Of a stretch of DNA of 64,000 nt, positions 20,001 through 28,534 are shown in pieces. The DNA is from an uncultured Gemmatimonadota bacterium (GTDB lineage: Bacteria; Gemmatimonadota; Gemmatimonadetes; Palauibacterales; Palauibacteraceae), in contig CAYZOT010000005.1 of the NCBI GenBank assembly GCA_964480515.1, positions 18,674 to 82,673 of the forward strand, written 5' to 3'. The notes beneath the pieces were generated by a model that worked only from the letters and a program-made list of their open reading frames with translations, had not been told where the DNA came from and searched no databases. Position numbers and translations under genes: made by a program. Every line of letters starts with the position of its first letter. Positions within the stretch are counted from its first letter, which is position 1.

Positions 20001-20315
20001 TGCAGCTGTGATTTTGAAATCAGTGATCGAGGACCAGTTCTGCCCTCCATCGGTTGTTTTCCAAAGCCCTCCTCCGGTAGCACCGAAGTAGCCTTCATCA
20101 GGTCGTCCACGGACCCCTGTTATCGCAATTGAACGTCCCCCGCGATCTGGCCCAATGTTCCGCCATTGGTAAGACTCCATAAAGGTGGGGTTAAGGACTA
20201 TGCTGTTATCCGACGTTTGTTGCGCGGCGAGTGTCGAGATTGTGCTAAGGCTGGTAGCCAAGGACACTATAGCAAATTTAGTAACGAGTCTCATGGTTAG
20301 TTTCCGGTAGTTCAT
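17094..20315 (-). CDS. Large secreted BNR/Asp-box repeat protein (sortilin-Vps10/GH74-like double propeller) with C-terminal helical extension
   Basis: 1073 aa with a signal peptide. At least 10 S-x-D-x-G-x-T-W Asp-box repeats are present (TTDGGQNW, SRDAGETW, SSDGGDTW, SVDGGETW, SDDAGDTW, SEDGGKTT, TTDGGANW, TKDGGGTW, NDFGGTW and others). There is an internal DDDDDDE run. The C-terminal ~300 aa have no repeats and look helical. Confidence 0.7.
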   Translation of the reverse strand: MNYRKLTMRLVTKFAIVSLATSLSTISTLAAQQTSDNSIVLNPTFMESYQWRNIGPDRGGRSIAITGVRGRPDEGYFGATGGGLWKTTDGGQNWSSITDFKITAASVGAVAVSETDPDLVFIGTGETCIRGNIMPGDGVYRSRDAGETWQHLGFSDSHGISKIRIHPTDPNVVFVASFGQYGGPSSERGVFKSSDGGDTWRRVLYRNDMTGAIDISIDRNNPDVIYASLWEAYRKEYQMSSGGPGSGLFKSVDGGETWDEITRNSGLPTDGLVGRIGVSVSRANSGRVYALIENDNGGLFSSDDAGDTWTLVNSERAIRQRAFYYTHVFADPHNQDVVYLQNTRLFRSEDGGKTTEVIDNGTHGDFHDFWIDPDEPAHLLVANDGGGAVSKNTGASWTDQEFSTAQFYHVVTTNHIPFHVCGSQQDNSTLCTPSDWNYAEFADAGTDDDDDDEQHRDITAGSTTLSYRAGGGEPGYIAPDPRDPDIFYSGTNNGRYIDKYNRRIGTSREVNPYPWFYSGEPSQDIRERWQWTFPIIFSPVDPTHLYVSSQRLWRTTDGGANWTALSDDLTRADPITQGHSGGPITGDMNGPEVYGTIFSVGPSKTDIDVIWVGSDDGLVHVTKDGGGTWTNTTPAAMPDFGRVSQIDASSFDSGTAYISVRRPLLNDLTPYIFKTNDFGGTWTKIVSGIRKDAYVHTIREDPTRPGLLYAGTQHGVYVSFNDGAQWQGLNNGLPDVPISDLIVEDNELVIATHGRSFWILDNITPLRQLTPDLSEMDVRLFTPPPGIRSGRGVTLSWFFKKKPTFARVEIIDDHDQVVRTFVADTTTTDSTATPGPEARYQRGPAVSLKAGIHQLTWDLRGDGFKVFPGMILWGVRNVAPALPPGNYTARLTADDQIETAPIRIERNPWITDVTDDDLQAQYEFSSTIWDKVNEANEAVITIRRVKAELEARLQESDDEQLLSAAARLEDNASTVEADIYQVRNRSGQDPLNFPIKVNNRLANLMSMAEQGDGRPGNQMSEILEILVAELGTYTNQLQEVWAADLAAVNHELSRLGLELIDLLCAPDEICSVV

Positions 20316-20325
20316 GTGGGGCGCC

Positions 20326-21237
20326 CTAACCCAATTGAGCTAGGTATTGACCAACAAAGTCGCAGTCGACCAGCTGCGAGAACGCTTCCGTCAATTTCTG
20401 TGTTATAGGTCCGGGAATCGCTTCATCCTGAAGCGGTTTCTTGCTGAATGATCCCACGGGGCAAACACACAAGCTTGTCGAAGTGATGAAAGCCTCATCA
20501 GCTCTGTACGCATCGAATGGTGTGATATCGTCTTCCACGACTGGAATCGTGAGCTTGTTTGCCAGTTCGATCACCGTTTGGCGACTAATCCCCTCTAATA
20601 CGTATTGACCCTTCGGCGTATAAATTTTTCCGTTTCGGACTAAGAATGGATTACTGCCTAAGCCCTCGCAGATAAAACCGCGAGTGTCGAGCAGGATGGC
20701 CCAGGCCCCCGGACTGTGTTCCTGAACTTCGTTGTGTGCAATCGTCAGATTTAGGTAGTTGCTACTCTTTACGTTTGGGCTCAGACATTCCGGTGGGATG
20801 CGTCGAACTGACGGGAACGCTACGTCCATCCCGTCTCGATAAAGAGGTGCACGTGCTTTCAAGGGTAGGGGAGTGCACTCGATAACTACCGTCGGTGACG
20901 TCATTGCAGCTAAAGGATCATTCGGACCTCCGGAAACGCGGTGGAAGACCCAATAGTCTTCGTTAGGGCCGAGGAGAGGGAGATTTTGTTCGGTTACTTC
21001 TAGTGTCAGCTGAATGACTTCATCGGGCGAAAGGCCGATGTCCAGGTCCACGTACTTGAGTGAGTGGAAGAGTCGGTTTACATGTTCGGTCAATTTGAAG
21101 ATCTGGCCGTTGAACGTCCGAGCTGCGTCAAATACCCCGTTTCCGTAGGTGAACCCTGTGTCCCGAATCGAAATGCAAGCCTGGCTTTCCGGGATGATCT
21201 GTCCATTAAAATAGGCGACGCGTTCGTTGGTTGTCAT
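20326..21237 (-). CDS. Class IV (fold type IV) PLP aminotransferase (branched-chain/D-amino-acid aminotransferase family)
   Basis: 303 aa. MTTNERVAYFNGQIIPESQACISIRDTGFTYGNGVFDAARTFNGQIFKLTEHVNRL is the typical class IV N-terminal region. It lies 6 nt downstream of the preceding gene and 10 nt upstream of the BNR gene. Confidence 0.8.
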   Translation of the reverse strand: MTTNERVAYFNGQIIPESQACISIRDTGFTYGNGVFDAARTFNGQIFKLTEHVNRLFHSLKYVDLDIGLSPDEVIQLTLEVTEQNLPLLGPNEDYWVFHRVSGGPNDPLAAMTSPTVVIECTPLPLKARAPLYRDGMDVAFPSVRRIPPECLSPNVKSSNYLNLTIAHNEVQEHSPGAWAILLDTRGFICEGLGSNPFLVRNGKIYTPKGQYVLEGISRQTVIELANKLTIPVVEDDITPFDAYRADEAFITSTSLCVCPVGSFSKKPLQDEAIPGPITQKLTEAFSQLVDCDFVGQYLAQLG

Positions 21238-21243
21238 CGACTC

Positions 21244-23388
21244 TTAGCTGTTCAGGGTGACTGAGACCCCAGGGCTTGGGGTCTCCAGGTTTCCGGTGTC
21301 ATCCACTGCACGGCTTAGTAGGGTGCTGGATTTACCGTCTGGAACAGGTGACCATTCAAAGCTCCAATTTTCTCGACCATGAGCGGGATGCCAAGTAGCA
21401 CCGCCATCGGTCGATATCTCGACGCCAGCAACGATGCCGCCGCCGCTATCCGATGCGCTTCCGCGAATCGTGATGTTGCCGTTTACAGGGGAACCTTCTG
21501 ACGGAAATTCAATTGAAGATCTTGGCGTAGTCGCGTCCGTCGACGCCGTAGCCGGAATTAGATCAGACTGCATAGTGGTGGGCTGAACCCCCATGTCGGC
21601 GAACAGGTTCAACGTTGCCTGTTGAATGTTTCGGTCTGGACCGTTGGGATCCTCACCGACTCGAGTGGAAAACCCGTTTTGTCGTTCTGGAGGAACTCCT
21701 GTTTCTGTGTCGTGATTAGCATCTAACCCCCACGCCCATTGCAGCGTGCCAGATCCAAATACTAGTGCTCCACTCTCATGGCGGTACATGACAGCGTTGT
21801 GGGTCGCCGATGCTGCTTGGCACGCGTCCATAGCCGGATAACCGCACCAGTAAGTGTTTGTCACAGTCGTAGATGAGACTTGAAACAGACCTGGCGGACG
21901 GAAGTTGTTGTCCATGTCTGAATCCCACTCATGGCCAAGCATTCCCTTAATGGAAACAAAGCGTTCCCCAGGGCCAAGATTGGCCACCTCGGTGTTTCGC
22001 CAAAAGCGGAGTTTTGAGAATTGTTCGTCGGCGATTAACGGGTCGTTCCGCCAGGCGTTGACGGTGAAGAGTGTTCCGATTAGCGCATTTTCTGGCCACG
22101 GGCCCTCTGGATTCATGGATCGGTGATCACGGAATGTCCCCGTCCAGATGCCAGGCTCCGGGTCCATCTTCGTTGCGCCGTCCGGTTCCTTATAGGTGAC
22201 TAGGGTCCGGTACGGTTGGCCTGACCCGTCAATGCTTTCTTCCCATCGCACTTTCCAGAAGACCGCATTTGAGCTAAAGAATGCTAGATGGATGCCGGCA
22301 TCTCGTGCTGCTTCAACATTCCGACGTTGTTTTCCCGTCCAATACTCATCGTGTCCGACAGCCATGAAGACTTTATGCTCGAGGAGTTCGTCACCAAGAC
22401 GTTCTACATCCACACCAGTTATGTAACTTACATCGTACCCATTTCGTTCGAGCCATCGTACCATGGGGTATTCTGAGTTGAATACTGCATTTACGGCCCG
22501 ATAGTGGCGTGTCTCAAACGGTCGGTTGTAGCTGACCTTGTAGGCGCGCGGCTCACCACCGTGTAACCGGTCTCGCACCGGATTGTACTGGCCGTACACG
22601 CTGTGTCCGCCAAACCGGTTGTATGCCTGCCATGTTATGTCCGAAGTCTGAAATAGCATTTCAGATGCCCCCTCATCGTCTCGGACGATGAAGTAGATAT
22701 GACTAGCGCGAGGTTCTACCAGGGCGTTTTCCGAGCTTCCTCTTAACCGATCCCAGAGTGGGTCACCTTCTGCGCCCAGGGGAAGGTCTTGTGGTGCAAA
22801 AGCATCATTGGGCCACCATTCACCCTCTAAGGGGTCCTCGCGAACCAGTCGTGCAAAATAGATGCCTGAGGTCGCGTCAGTCGGCGTATCCCAAGATGCT
22901 GAAACAGCCCAGTTACCACAGTCGAAGAGGGGGGCCTCCGCGGTTACCACAGCACCGGCCTCGTTCAACACGGGAATGGGGGCGTTCAAACAATCGGGCT
23001 GAACCTGTGGTAGTGTTGCAGAGGGCTCAATTGTGTCAATTCGCCGAGCTCCCATGCCTCCATAGTAACCCATACGGTAGATGTCGATTCGATAATCATC
23101 GGAATCAGTATCAATCTTAAAATGGATGGTCTCTCCTTGAGCGATGCCGATCTCATGACCAAAGCCTTGGATGCTTGGGTCACCATACCCATTGATGTCC
23201 CATTCCGTCGATGGTGCCCCAGGTAGGCAGTTTTCTGCGACAATTTCATTGGCTGGTGCCAAGCAGTGGTTTGCTTCTGATACTGTGGTGGCACAGGCAA
23301 AAAAGAGTGGCGTCAGCACAATGGCGGAGATAGTAGGCTTTGTAGTCATCTGAAAAACATCCTGTTGGACGAAGGAGCGTTGGTCCAC
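21244..23388 (-). CDS. Secreted protein resembling the N,N-dimethylformamidase large (beta) subunit-like family, with C-terminal Ig-like domain
   Basis: 714 aa with a signal peptide. Motifs recalled from DMFase-beta-like family proteins are present: TWQAYNRFGG and GHDEYWTGKQRRNVEAARDAGIHLAFFSSNAVFWKVRW. The C-terminus ITIRGSASDSGGGIVAGVEISTDGGATWHPA looks Ig-like (Big-type). Family assignment is from memory of motif patterns only. Confidence 0.4.
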   Translation of the reverse strand: MDQRSFVQQDVFQMTTKPTISAIVLTPLFFACATTVSEANHCLAPANEIVAENCLPGAPSTEWDINGYGDPSIQGFGHEIGIAQGETIHFKIDTDSDDYRIDIYRMGYYGGMGARRIDTIEPSATLPQVQPDCLNAPIPVLNEAGAVVTAEAPLFDCGNWAVSASWDTPTDATSGIYFARLVREDPLEGEWWPNDAFAPQDLPLGAEGDPLWDRLRGSSENALVEPRASHIYFIVRDDEGASEMLFQTSDITWQAYNRFGGHSVYGQYNPVRDRLHGGEPRAYKVSYNRPFETRHYRAVNAVFNSEYPMVRWLERNGYDVSYITGVDVERLGDELLEHKVFMAVGHDEYWTGKQRRNVEAARDAGIHLAFFSSNAVFWKVRWEESIDGSGQPYRTLVTYKEPDGATKMDPEPGIWTGTFRDHRSMNPEGPWPENALIGTLFTVNAWRNDPLIADEQFSKLRFWRNTEVANLGPGERFVSIKGMLGHEWDSDMDNNFRPPGLFQVSSTTVTNTYWCGYPAMDACQAASATHNAVMYRHESGALVFGSGTLQWAWGLDANHDTETGVPPERQNGFSTRVGEDPNGPDRNIQQATLNLFADMGVQPTTMQSDLIPATASTDATTPRSSIEFPSEGSPVNGNITIRGSASDSGGGIVAGVEISTDGGATWHPAHGRENWSFEWSPVPDGKSSTLLSRAVDDTGNLETPSPGVSVTLNS

Positions 23389-23524
23389 ATTGACTCAGTA
23401 TCCAGAACCCGAGGCGAGCCCCGCAAGACTCGAATCCTGATGGATAGGTGGTTCGCCCGAAGCCAGACCGCGGAAATATACTTCAACCGGAAGCTCGATT
23501 GTCCATGAACAAGGATAGGTTGGT

Positions 23525-24472
23525 GTGACAGAGTCCCGCACAGCGAATCAAGCAATGCTCGCGCCGCGTTATATGAACATCCCCACGTTCATGCGTGCGC
23601 CCATTATCGACGATCCAGAAGATTTCGACATTGCCATGGTTGGAGTCCCCTATGATGGAGCAGTAACTAACCGGCCAGGGGCGCGACATGGCCCACGCGA
23701 AGTCCGGAATGCGTCAAGCATGATGCGCACGATCCACCCAACGACTCGCGTGAATCCATTTGACACATGCCGGATTGGTGATGCCGGTGACGTTCCGTTC
23801 ACACGTGTTTACGAACCTGAGGCTGCGCACGGAGACATCGGTCAGTTTTTCGGTTGCCTCGCCGACGCCGGAGTGGTTCCGCTCGCGATTGGTGGTGACC
23901 ACTCTATCACGCTTCCAATCTTGCGTACCATTGAGGCAAAGGAACCGATTGCATTGATCCATATCGATGCACACACAGATACGTGGGACGAATGGATGGG
24001 TTCTCGCTACAACCATGGAACCCCCTTTCGTCGAGCTATAGAGGAGGGGCTGATTGATCCGTTGCGGACGATTCAGATTGGCATTCGGGGCGCACAGACT
24101 TCCAGTGAAGGTTGGGCGTACTCGGAATCGAATGGCTTACGTGTCGTCTATATGGATGAGGTCACCAGTTTGGGTATTGAATCGGTAGCAGAGGAGGCCA
24201 GAAGTCTAGTAGGGAGTCATCCAACCTACATCTCTTTCGATATCGATAGTCTGGATCCGGCTTTCGCGCCTGGTACAGGTACTCCCGAGGTGGGCGGGTT
24301 CACTTCGCGCGAGGCTCTCACACTCATTCGGAGCCTCAAAGGACTTCAGTTGGTCGGTGCAGACATGGTTGAGGTGGCCCCTCCGTTTGATCCGACAGGA
24401 AATACGGCACTTGTTGGGGCGACGATCACTTACGAACTGCTCTGTCTTCTGGCGGCCGCAGCGTCTTCGTGA
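23525..24472 (+). CDS. Ureohydrolase of the arginase/agmatinase family (agmatinase/guanidino-acid hydrolase-like)
   Basis: All arginase-fold Mn-binding motifs are present: GGDHSITLPILR, IHIDAHTDT and SFDIDSLDPAFAPGTGTPEVGGF. An agmatinase-like N-terminal region NRPGARHGPREVR is also present. Confidence 0.9.
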   Translation: MTESRTANQAMLAPRYMNIPTFMRAPIIDDPEDFDIAMVGVPYDGAVTNRPGARHGPREVRNASSMMRTIHPTTRVNPFDTCRIGDAGDVPFTRVYEPEAAHGDIGQFFGCLADAGVVPLAIGGDHSITLPILRTIEAKEPIALIHIDAHTDTWDEWMGSRYNHGTPFRRAIEEGLIDPLRTIQIGIRGAQTSSEGWAYSESNGLRVVYMDEVTSLGIESVAEEARSLVGSHPTYISFDIDSLDPAFAPGTGTPEVGGFTSREALTLIRSLKGLQLVGADMVEVAPPFDPTGNTALVGATITYELLCLLAAAASS

Positions 24473-25227
24473 TTAACCCGCAGTCCGAAGTCGATGTTCA
24501 GGTTGAAAGGGGTCAACTGAAAGGTTGGTCAGTGCAGGCTTATAGGGAGCTATTGAGTAAAGTGGGAGATGAATCATTTCCGTGTACATTCGGCACACTC
24601 GCGGCCAAGAAGAAACAGATCTTTTTGGCTTTCATCGAATCAACTAATCCACGTGTGGTAACGGATCGGTTAGTGGAGGTGCTTACCGAGTTCGCAGAGT
24701 TTATTCGACCGTTGCCTCTAGTCGAGGCCTCGATGCGTCCGCTCGCGATTCTCCTCCTGCCACCGCCGGAGTGGCTGACGATCGAAGACTATTATCATCA
24801 CAGTTGGCGTCTAGTCGCAGAGGTTATGCATCGGGATCCTGACCCTTGGCCGGACCGACTTCCCTCTGATCCTGAATTACCAGACTGGTCGTTTTGTTTT
24901 GGTGGGGTGCCGTTTTTTATCAATTTCAAGACGCCGTATCACGAACGTCGGCGAAGTCGTCGTTCGCTTCATGCGTATACTTGGTTGGTCCAGGCAAGAG
25001 AAGGTTTTGATCTTATTGCAGGAGATACAGTTCAGGGCCGTGCAGCACGGCGCGTGATTCGTAAGAAGCTTTCCTCGTACGATGAAATGCCAATCTTCCC
25101 GGCCTTGAATCATTATGGGCGTCCGGAAAACCTCGAATGGAAACAATATTTTGTGCCCGAGGGTCACGAGCCGATAACTGACAAGTGTCCGTTGAGCATG
25201 GATTCCCGGACTGCGTTGCGCGGATAA
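24469..25227 (+). CDS. Hypothetical protein, possibly YqcI/YcgG family (haem-dependent N-oxygenase-like, DcsA/GntA-related)
   Basis: 252 aa. The start overlaps the ureohydrolase stop (ATGA). Features reminiscent of the YqcI/YcgG family are FPCTFGTLAAKK near the N-terminus and WSFCFGGVPFFINFKTPYH mid-protein. Assignment is tentative and needs a profile search. Confidence 0.35.
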   Translation: MINPQSEVDVQVERGQLKGWSVQAYRELLSKVGDESFPCTFGTLAAKKKQIFLAFIESTNPRVVTDRLVEVLTEFAEFIRPLPLVEASMRPLAILLLPPPEWLTIEDYYHHSWRLVAEVMHRDPDPWPDRLPSDPELPDWSFCFGGVPFFINFKTPYHERRRSRRSLHAYTWLVQAREGFDLIAGDTVQGRAARRVIRKKLSSYDEMPIFPALNHYGRPENLEWKQYFVPEGHEPITDKCPLSMDSRTALRG

Positions 25228-26067
25228 TCAGTAGCTAAGACACTCTGGTCCTTCGCCTCGAACCCACGCGGCAAGCATCTGCCATTCCGGATCATCTTTG
25301 GAGGCCCAACGGCGAGGACCGCCGTGAAAACCGTCACCGCCGTCTTCAGAGGAAAGCGGGTGGGTAAGGAATCGGCTGAGCATTGGATGCCCGGGCTCGA
25401 TGTATCGCCGGACGATTGCAAAGTTCCCTCGAGATTCCTCTTGATTCCAGAAGTCTCGATCCTCTGGGATCCTGCGTGCAAAGTTTCGCGCCCCGCTATC
25501 GTGGCAGTGAACACACTCAACATCACCCGGTCGCTTATCTAAGAAAATCCGCTGTACACATTCCTGAAAGAACTGAAAATCTAACCGCGGTGGGGTGTCG
25601 TTGGGGCTTGGATTAACTGGGTCCGCTGCCTGAACCCATTTAGCCATCGCCTGCCATTCGGGGTCGGTTTGAGACTCGAAAAACTTGCCCCCCACATGAA
25701 AAGGAGATCCTCCGGAAGATACGACCAGTGCTTTACGGAGGAGCCTGCTCCGTGCTGGATTTCCAGGGGTCACGAGCCTTGAGACGATCTGAAAATTTTG
25801 GCGTGATTGTTCTTCAGACCAAAACACTGTTCCGTCAGGATTTTCGTTCAGTGCTTGGAGCCTAAGTGGAGTGCCTTGCTCTGCATGGCAGGTGACACAG
25901 GGGGCTCGTCCAGGACCATAGCCACCACGGGATGCGAGAAAGATTGGTTCGACCACCTCTCGGTACTGTTCGAAGCTTAGTGGTTCCTGGGCCGTACCAT
26001 TGTCGACAATGCTGAACACGAATAAGACCAGAGCCCCGCAGAAGAGCTTATTGGGATCTCTAATCAT
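25228..26067 (-). CDS. Di-haem c-type cytochrome, secreted
   Basis: 279 aa with a signal peptide and two CxxCH motifs (CVTCHAEQG and CVHCHDSG). The start overlaps the stop of the upstream YVTN-propeller gene (ATGA). Confidence 0.6.
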   Translation of the reverse strand: MIRDPNKLFCGALVLFVFSIVDNGTAQEPLSFEQYREVVEPIFLASRGGYGPGRAPCVTCHAEQGTPLRLQALNENPDGTVFWSEEQSRQNFQIVSRLVTPGNPARSRLLRKALVVSSGGSPFHVGGKFFESQTDPEWQAMAKWVQAADPVNPSPNDTPPRLDFQFFQECVQRIFLDKRPGDVECVHCHDSGARNFARRIPEDRDFWNQEESRGNFAIVRRYIEPGHPMLSRFLTHPLSSEDGGDGFHGGPRRWASKDDPEWQMLAAWVRGEGPECLSY

Positions 26068-27116
26068 GGGACTACCACCGTGTGGTTACGCTTCGGGGTC
26101 TGGCCAACTTTAATGCGGGTGATCTCCTTCATGAGTTGGGTATCAATGACCGAAACATCCTGAGACCCTGCATTGGCCGCGTAGAGGTATCGGCTGTCTG
26201 GAGTCATGGTGAGCCAATCCGGTGTATGCCCCACCTTGATTCCCCCAAGATACGTCAGGTCAGGAAGTGACCAGGCGTAGACGTGACCATTGGGTTTACT
26301 CGTTGACCACAACTGTGACCCATCGGGTGATACAGTCAGTCCGTGTCCTGGGGAGCCCTGTAAGGCGTCGTTGGTGATCTGTGAGATTGGCAGTTCTGGC
26401 ATGGGGAGCTTATCTACGACCACCCGTTTGTTGAAGTCTATGACATAGACGCCGTGATAGTTGGAGATCTGAACGAAGATGTGTTTCGTGGAGCCGTCTT
26501 GATTGACTTCAAAGGCCATTGGGCGCACCCCACCATCGGCATAGCCTCCAGTCGATCGACCGCTGAAGTGCAAGGACCATACTGGCTCGTCAATCGCTGT
26601 ATCGATGATAGTCAGTGTCCGTGCGCCGATCATACCAGCAGCAATGTGTTTACCATCAGGCGTGATGAAGACATTGTGCACGCCTCCCAATGTAGGAATC
26701 GACTTGATGACTTTGTTCGCTTTAATGTCGATCACATCGACGTAAGCGCCATCGGCTACGATTGCTACGTAAACCTTCGATCCATCGGGAGTGATTGCTA
26801 TGTTGTTCGGTCGGCCCGATAGTGGGATCTTCCCGGTGACCGACATGAGTTTCCACGGAACGATATCGAGCGTTCGGTCAATTTCATTGCTGAAGTATAG
26901 GGTGCTTCCGTCTGGCGCCGAGGTCACTCCATGTGCTTTCGGAATGCCATGGATGATCTCCACGACCTCGTTGGTCTCAGGATCGATGATGTGAACGTTG
27001 TCTCCCGCAGCATTTGTTTGAATGATTCGCACGGTGCCTTGCTGTGCGTAAGCTGGCATGGCGATCAGCAGGACTGCGATCACAAGCGATGAGAATCGCT
27101 TAGGTGAACTCATCAT
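26064..27116 (-). CDS. Secreted YVTN-type beta-propeller repeat protein (lactonase/cytochrome-d1-like propeller)
   Basis: Start moved to the MMSSPKRFSSLVIAVLLIAMPAYAQ signal peptide, which has a GGGGGGA RBS (ORF-track start 27194). Repeated x-Y-V/A-x-N-x-x-x-x-x-V-S/D-V-I-D blades are present (KVYVAIVADGAYVDVIDIKANKV and YLYAANAGSQDVSVIDTQ). Confidence 0.6.
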   Translation of the reverse strand: MMSSPKRFSSLVIAVLLIAMPAYAQQGTVRIIQTNAAGDNVHIIDPETNEVVEIIHGIPKAHGVTSAPDGSTLYFSNEIDRTLDIVPWKLMSVTGKIPLSGRPNNIAITPDGSKVYVAIVADGAYVDVIDIKANKVIKSIPTLGGVHNVFITPDGKHIAAGMIGARTLTIIDTAIDEPVWSLHFSGRSTGGYADGGVRPMAFEVNQDGSTKHIFVQISNYHGVYVIDFNKRVVVDKLPMPELPISQITNDALQGSPGHGLTVSPDGSQLWSTSKPNGHVYAWSLPDLTYLGGIKVGHTPDWLTMTPDSRYLYAANAGSQDVSVIDTQLMKEITRIKVGQTPKRNHTVVVP

Positions 27117-27260
27117 CTTGGTCCCCCCTAAGTTTATGATGGAGTGGCGCCCAGTTTTGCGTGCCATGAACTCCACTTGAATCCAACGTCTCAATATGGT
27201 TGTGCGATTAGAGTAGGGTAGTTGGCCGGAATGTCGGTAGGCCAGCCCTCGGTTCTTGGA

Positions 27261-28442
27261 TCAGAACACTTCGAATAGGCCTGCAGCACCCTGTCCGCCG
27301 CCAATACACATGGTACTAACGATATACTTGGCTCCTCGTCGTTTCCCTTCAAGGAGTCCTGTCCCCACCATTCGAGCCCCGCTCATTCCGTATGGGTGTC
27401 CGATGGAGATTGCCCCTCCATTTACGTTGAGTTTTTCGCTGGGAATCCCAAGTCGGTCACGGCAGTAAAGCACTTGGACGGCGAACGCCTCGTTTAGTTC
27501 CCAGAGGTCGATATCGTCCATAGAAAGTCCCGTTTTCTCCAAAAGTTTTGGTACGGCGAATACCGGTCCAATGCCCATCTCATCTGGTTCGCACCCAGCT
27601 ACTGCTATACCGCGATAGACTCCTAGTGGTTCGACTCCTCGCTTTTCAGCCAGGGTTGAGCTCATTACAACACAGGCGGAAGCTCCATCCGATAGTTGAC
27701 TTGCGTTCCCCGGTGCGATGCAGCCCCCATCGACGACCGAACTTAGTTGTTCCAGGGCTTCATAGGTTGTGCCCGGTCGGTTTCCTTCGTCCAGCTCCAG
27801 CGTCACCTCTTCGAAAGACACGTTGCCTGTGGTTTTATCCATAACCCCCTTGGTTACCGCCATTGGAACGATCTCATCGGACAATCTTCCCGCGTCTTGG
27901 GCAGCAGCCGTACGCGATTGGCTCTCTACCCCGTACCGGTCCTGTGCTTCGCGGTCGACTCCGTAACGTGCCGCCACTATTTCAGCGGTTTCGATCATTG
28001 TCATATATGCATGTTCGGCATGGTGAAGCACATTGGGATCTTGTACCCGATAATTATTTTGGTGCTCATTTTGGACCAAGCTGATGGACTCCAGTCCGCC
28101 GGCGACCACTATGTCCATGCCCTCATTTGTAACCTGGTGGGCAGCAGCACCGATGGCCATCATTCCAGATGAGCACTGACGATCGATCGTCATCCCGGGA
28201 ACCTGGACCGGCATGCCGGCAGCCAGCGAAGACATACGACCGACATTGTAGCCGGTCGATCCTTGGGGCAGGGCACAACCAAGAATTACATCTTCGACCT
28301 CCGCGGGTTCGACATTAGCTCGCTTCATCGCGTGTGTGATCGCGTGTGCCGCTAGAGTTGGGCCTTCGGTATTGTTGAAGGCGCCTCGATAAGCTTTTCC
28401 AATAGGGGTCCGTGCAGTTGAAACAATGACAGCATCTTTCAT
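27261..28442 (-). CDS. Acetyl-CoA C-acyltransferase (thiolase II)
   Basis: 393 aa. The N-terminal [35 protein letters not shown] region carries the thiolase active-site Cys context ([10 protein letters not shown]...CSSGM). The C-terminal [12 protein letters not shown] and [13 protein letters not shown] motifs are present. Confidence 0.9.
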   Translation of the reverse strand: MKDAVIVSTARTPIGKAYRGAFNNTEGPTLAAHAITHAMKRANVEPAEVEDVILGCALPQGSTGYNVGRMSSLAAGMPVQVPGMTIDRQCSSGMMAIGAAAHQVTNEGMDIVVAGGLESISLVQNEHQNNYRVQDPNVLHHAEHAYMTMIETAEIVAARYGVDREAQDRYGVESQSRTAAAQDAGRLSDEIVPMAVTKGVMDKTTGNVSFEEVTLELDEGNRPGTTYEALEQLSSVVDGGCIAPGNASQLSDGASACVVMSSTLAEKRGVEPLGVYRGIAVAGCEPDEMGIGPVFAVPKLLEKTGLSMDDIDLWELNEAFAVQVLYCRDRLGIPSEKLNVNGGAISIGHPYGMSGARMVGTGLLEGKRRGAKYIVSTMCIGGGQGAAGLFEVF

Positions 28443-28534
28443 TTAATTATCCTTTGGAGCTGTTTAGTTGAAGGTCGGACTTTTTTATTATGGCCAATCA
28501 TCCTACCATTTATGTATCGATAAAATGTTGTGGT

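Noticed and set aside
23389-23524. tRNA-like T-arm sequence (gactcgaatcc) in the intergenic region upstream of the ureohydrolase gene
   Set aside because: No matching acceptor stem, D-arm or anticodon arm could be assembled on either strand. The region is better explained as a divergent promoter region. No tRNA is called.
28443-28534. AT-rich 90-nt spacer between the S9 peptidase (28535..30658) and the thiolase gene as a possible small RNA or mobile-element scar
   Set aside because: Its length and composition fit an ordinary terminator/promoter spacer between co-directional genes. No stable structured element or repeat was identified by eye.
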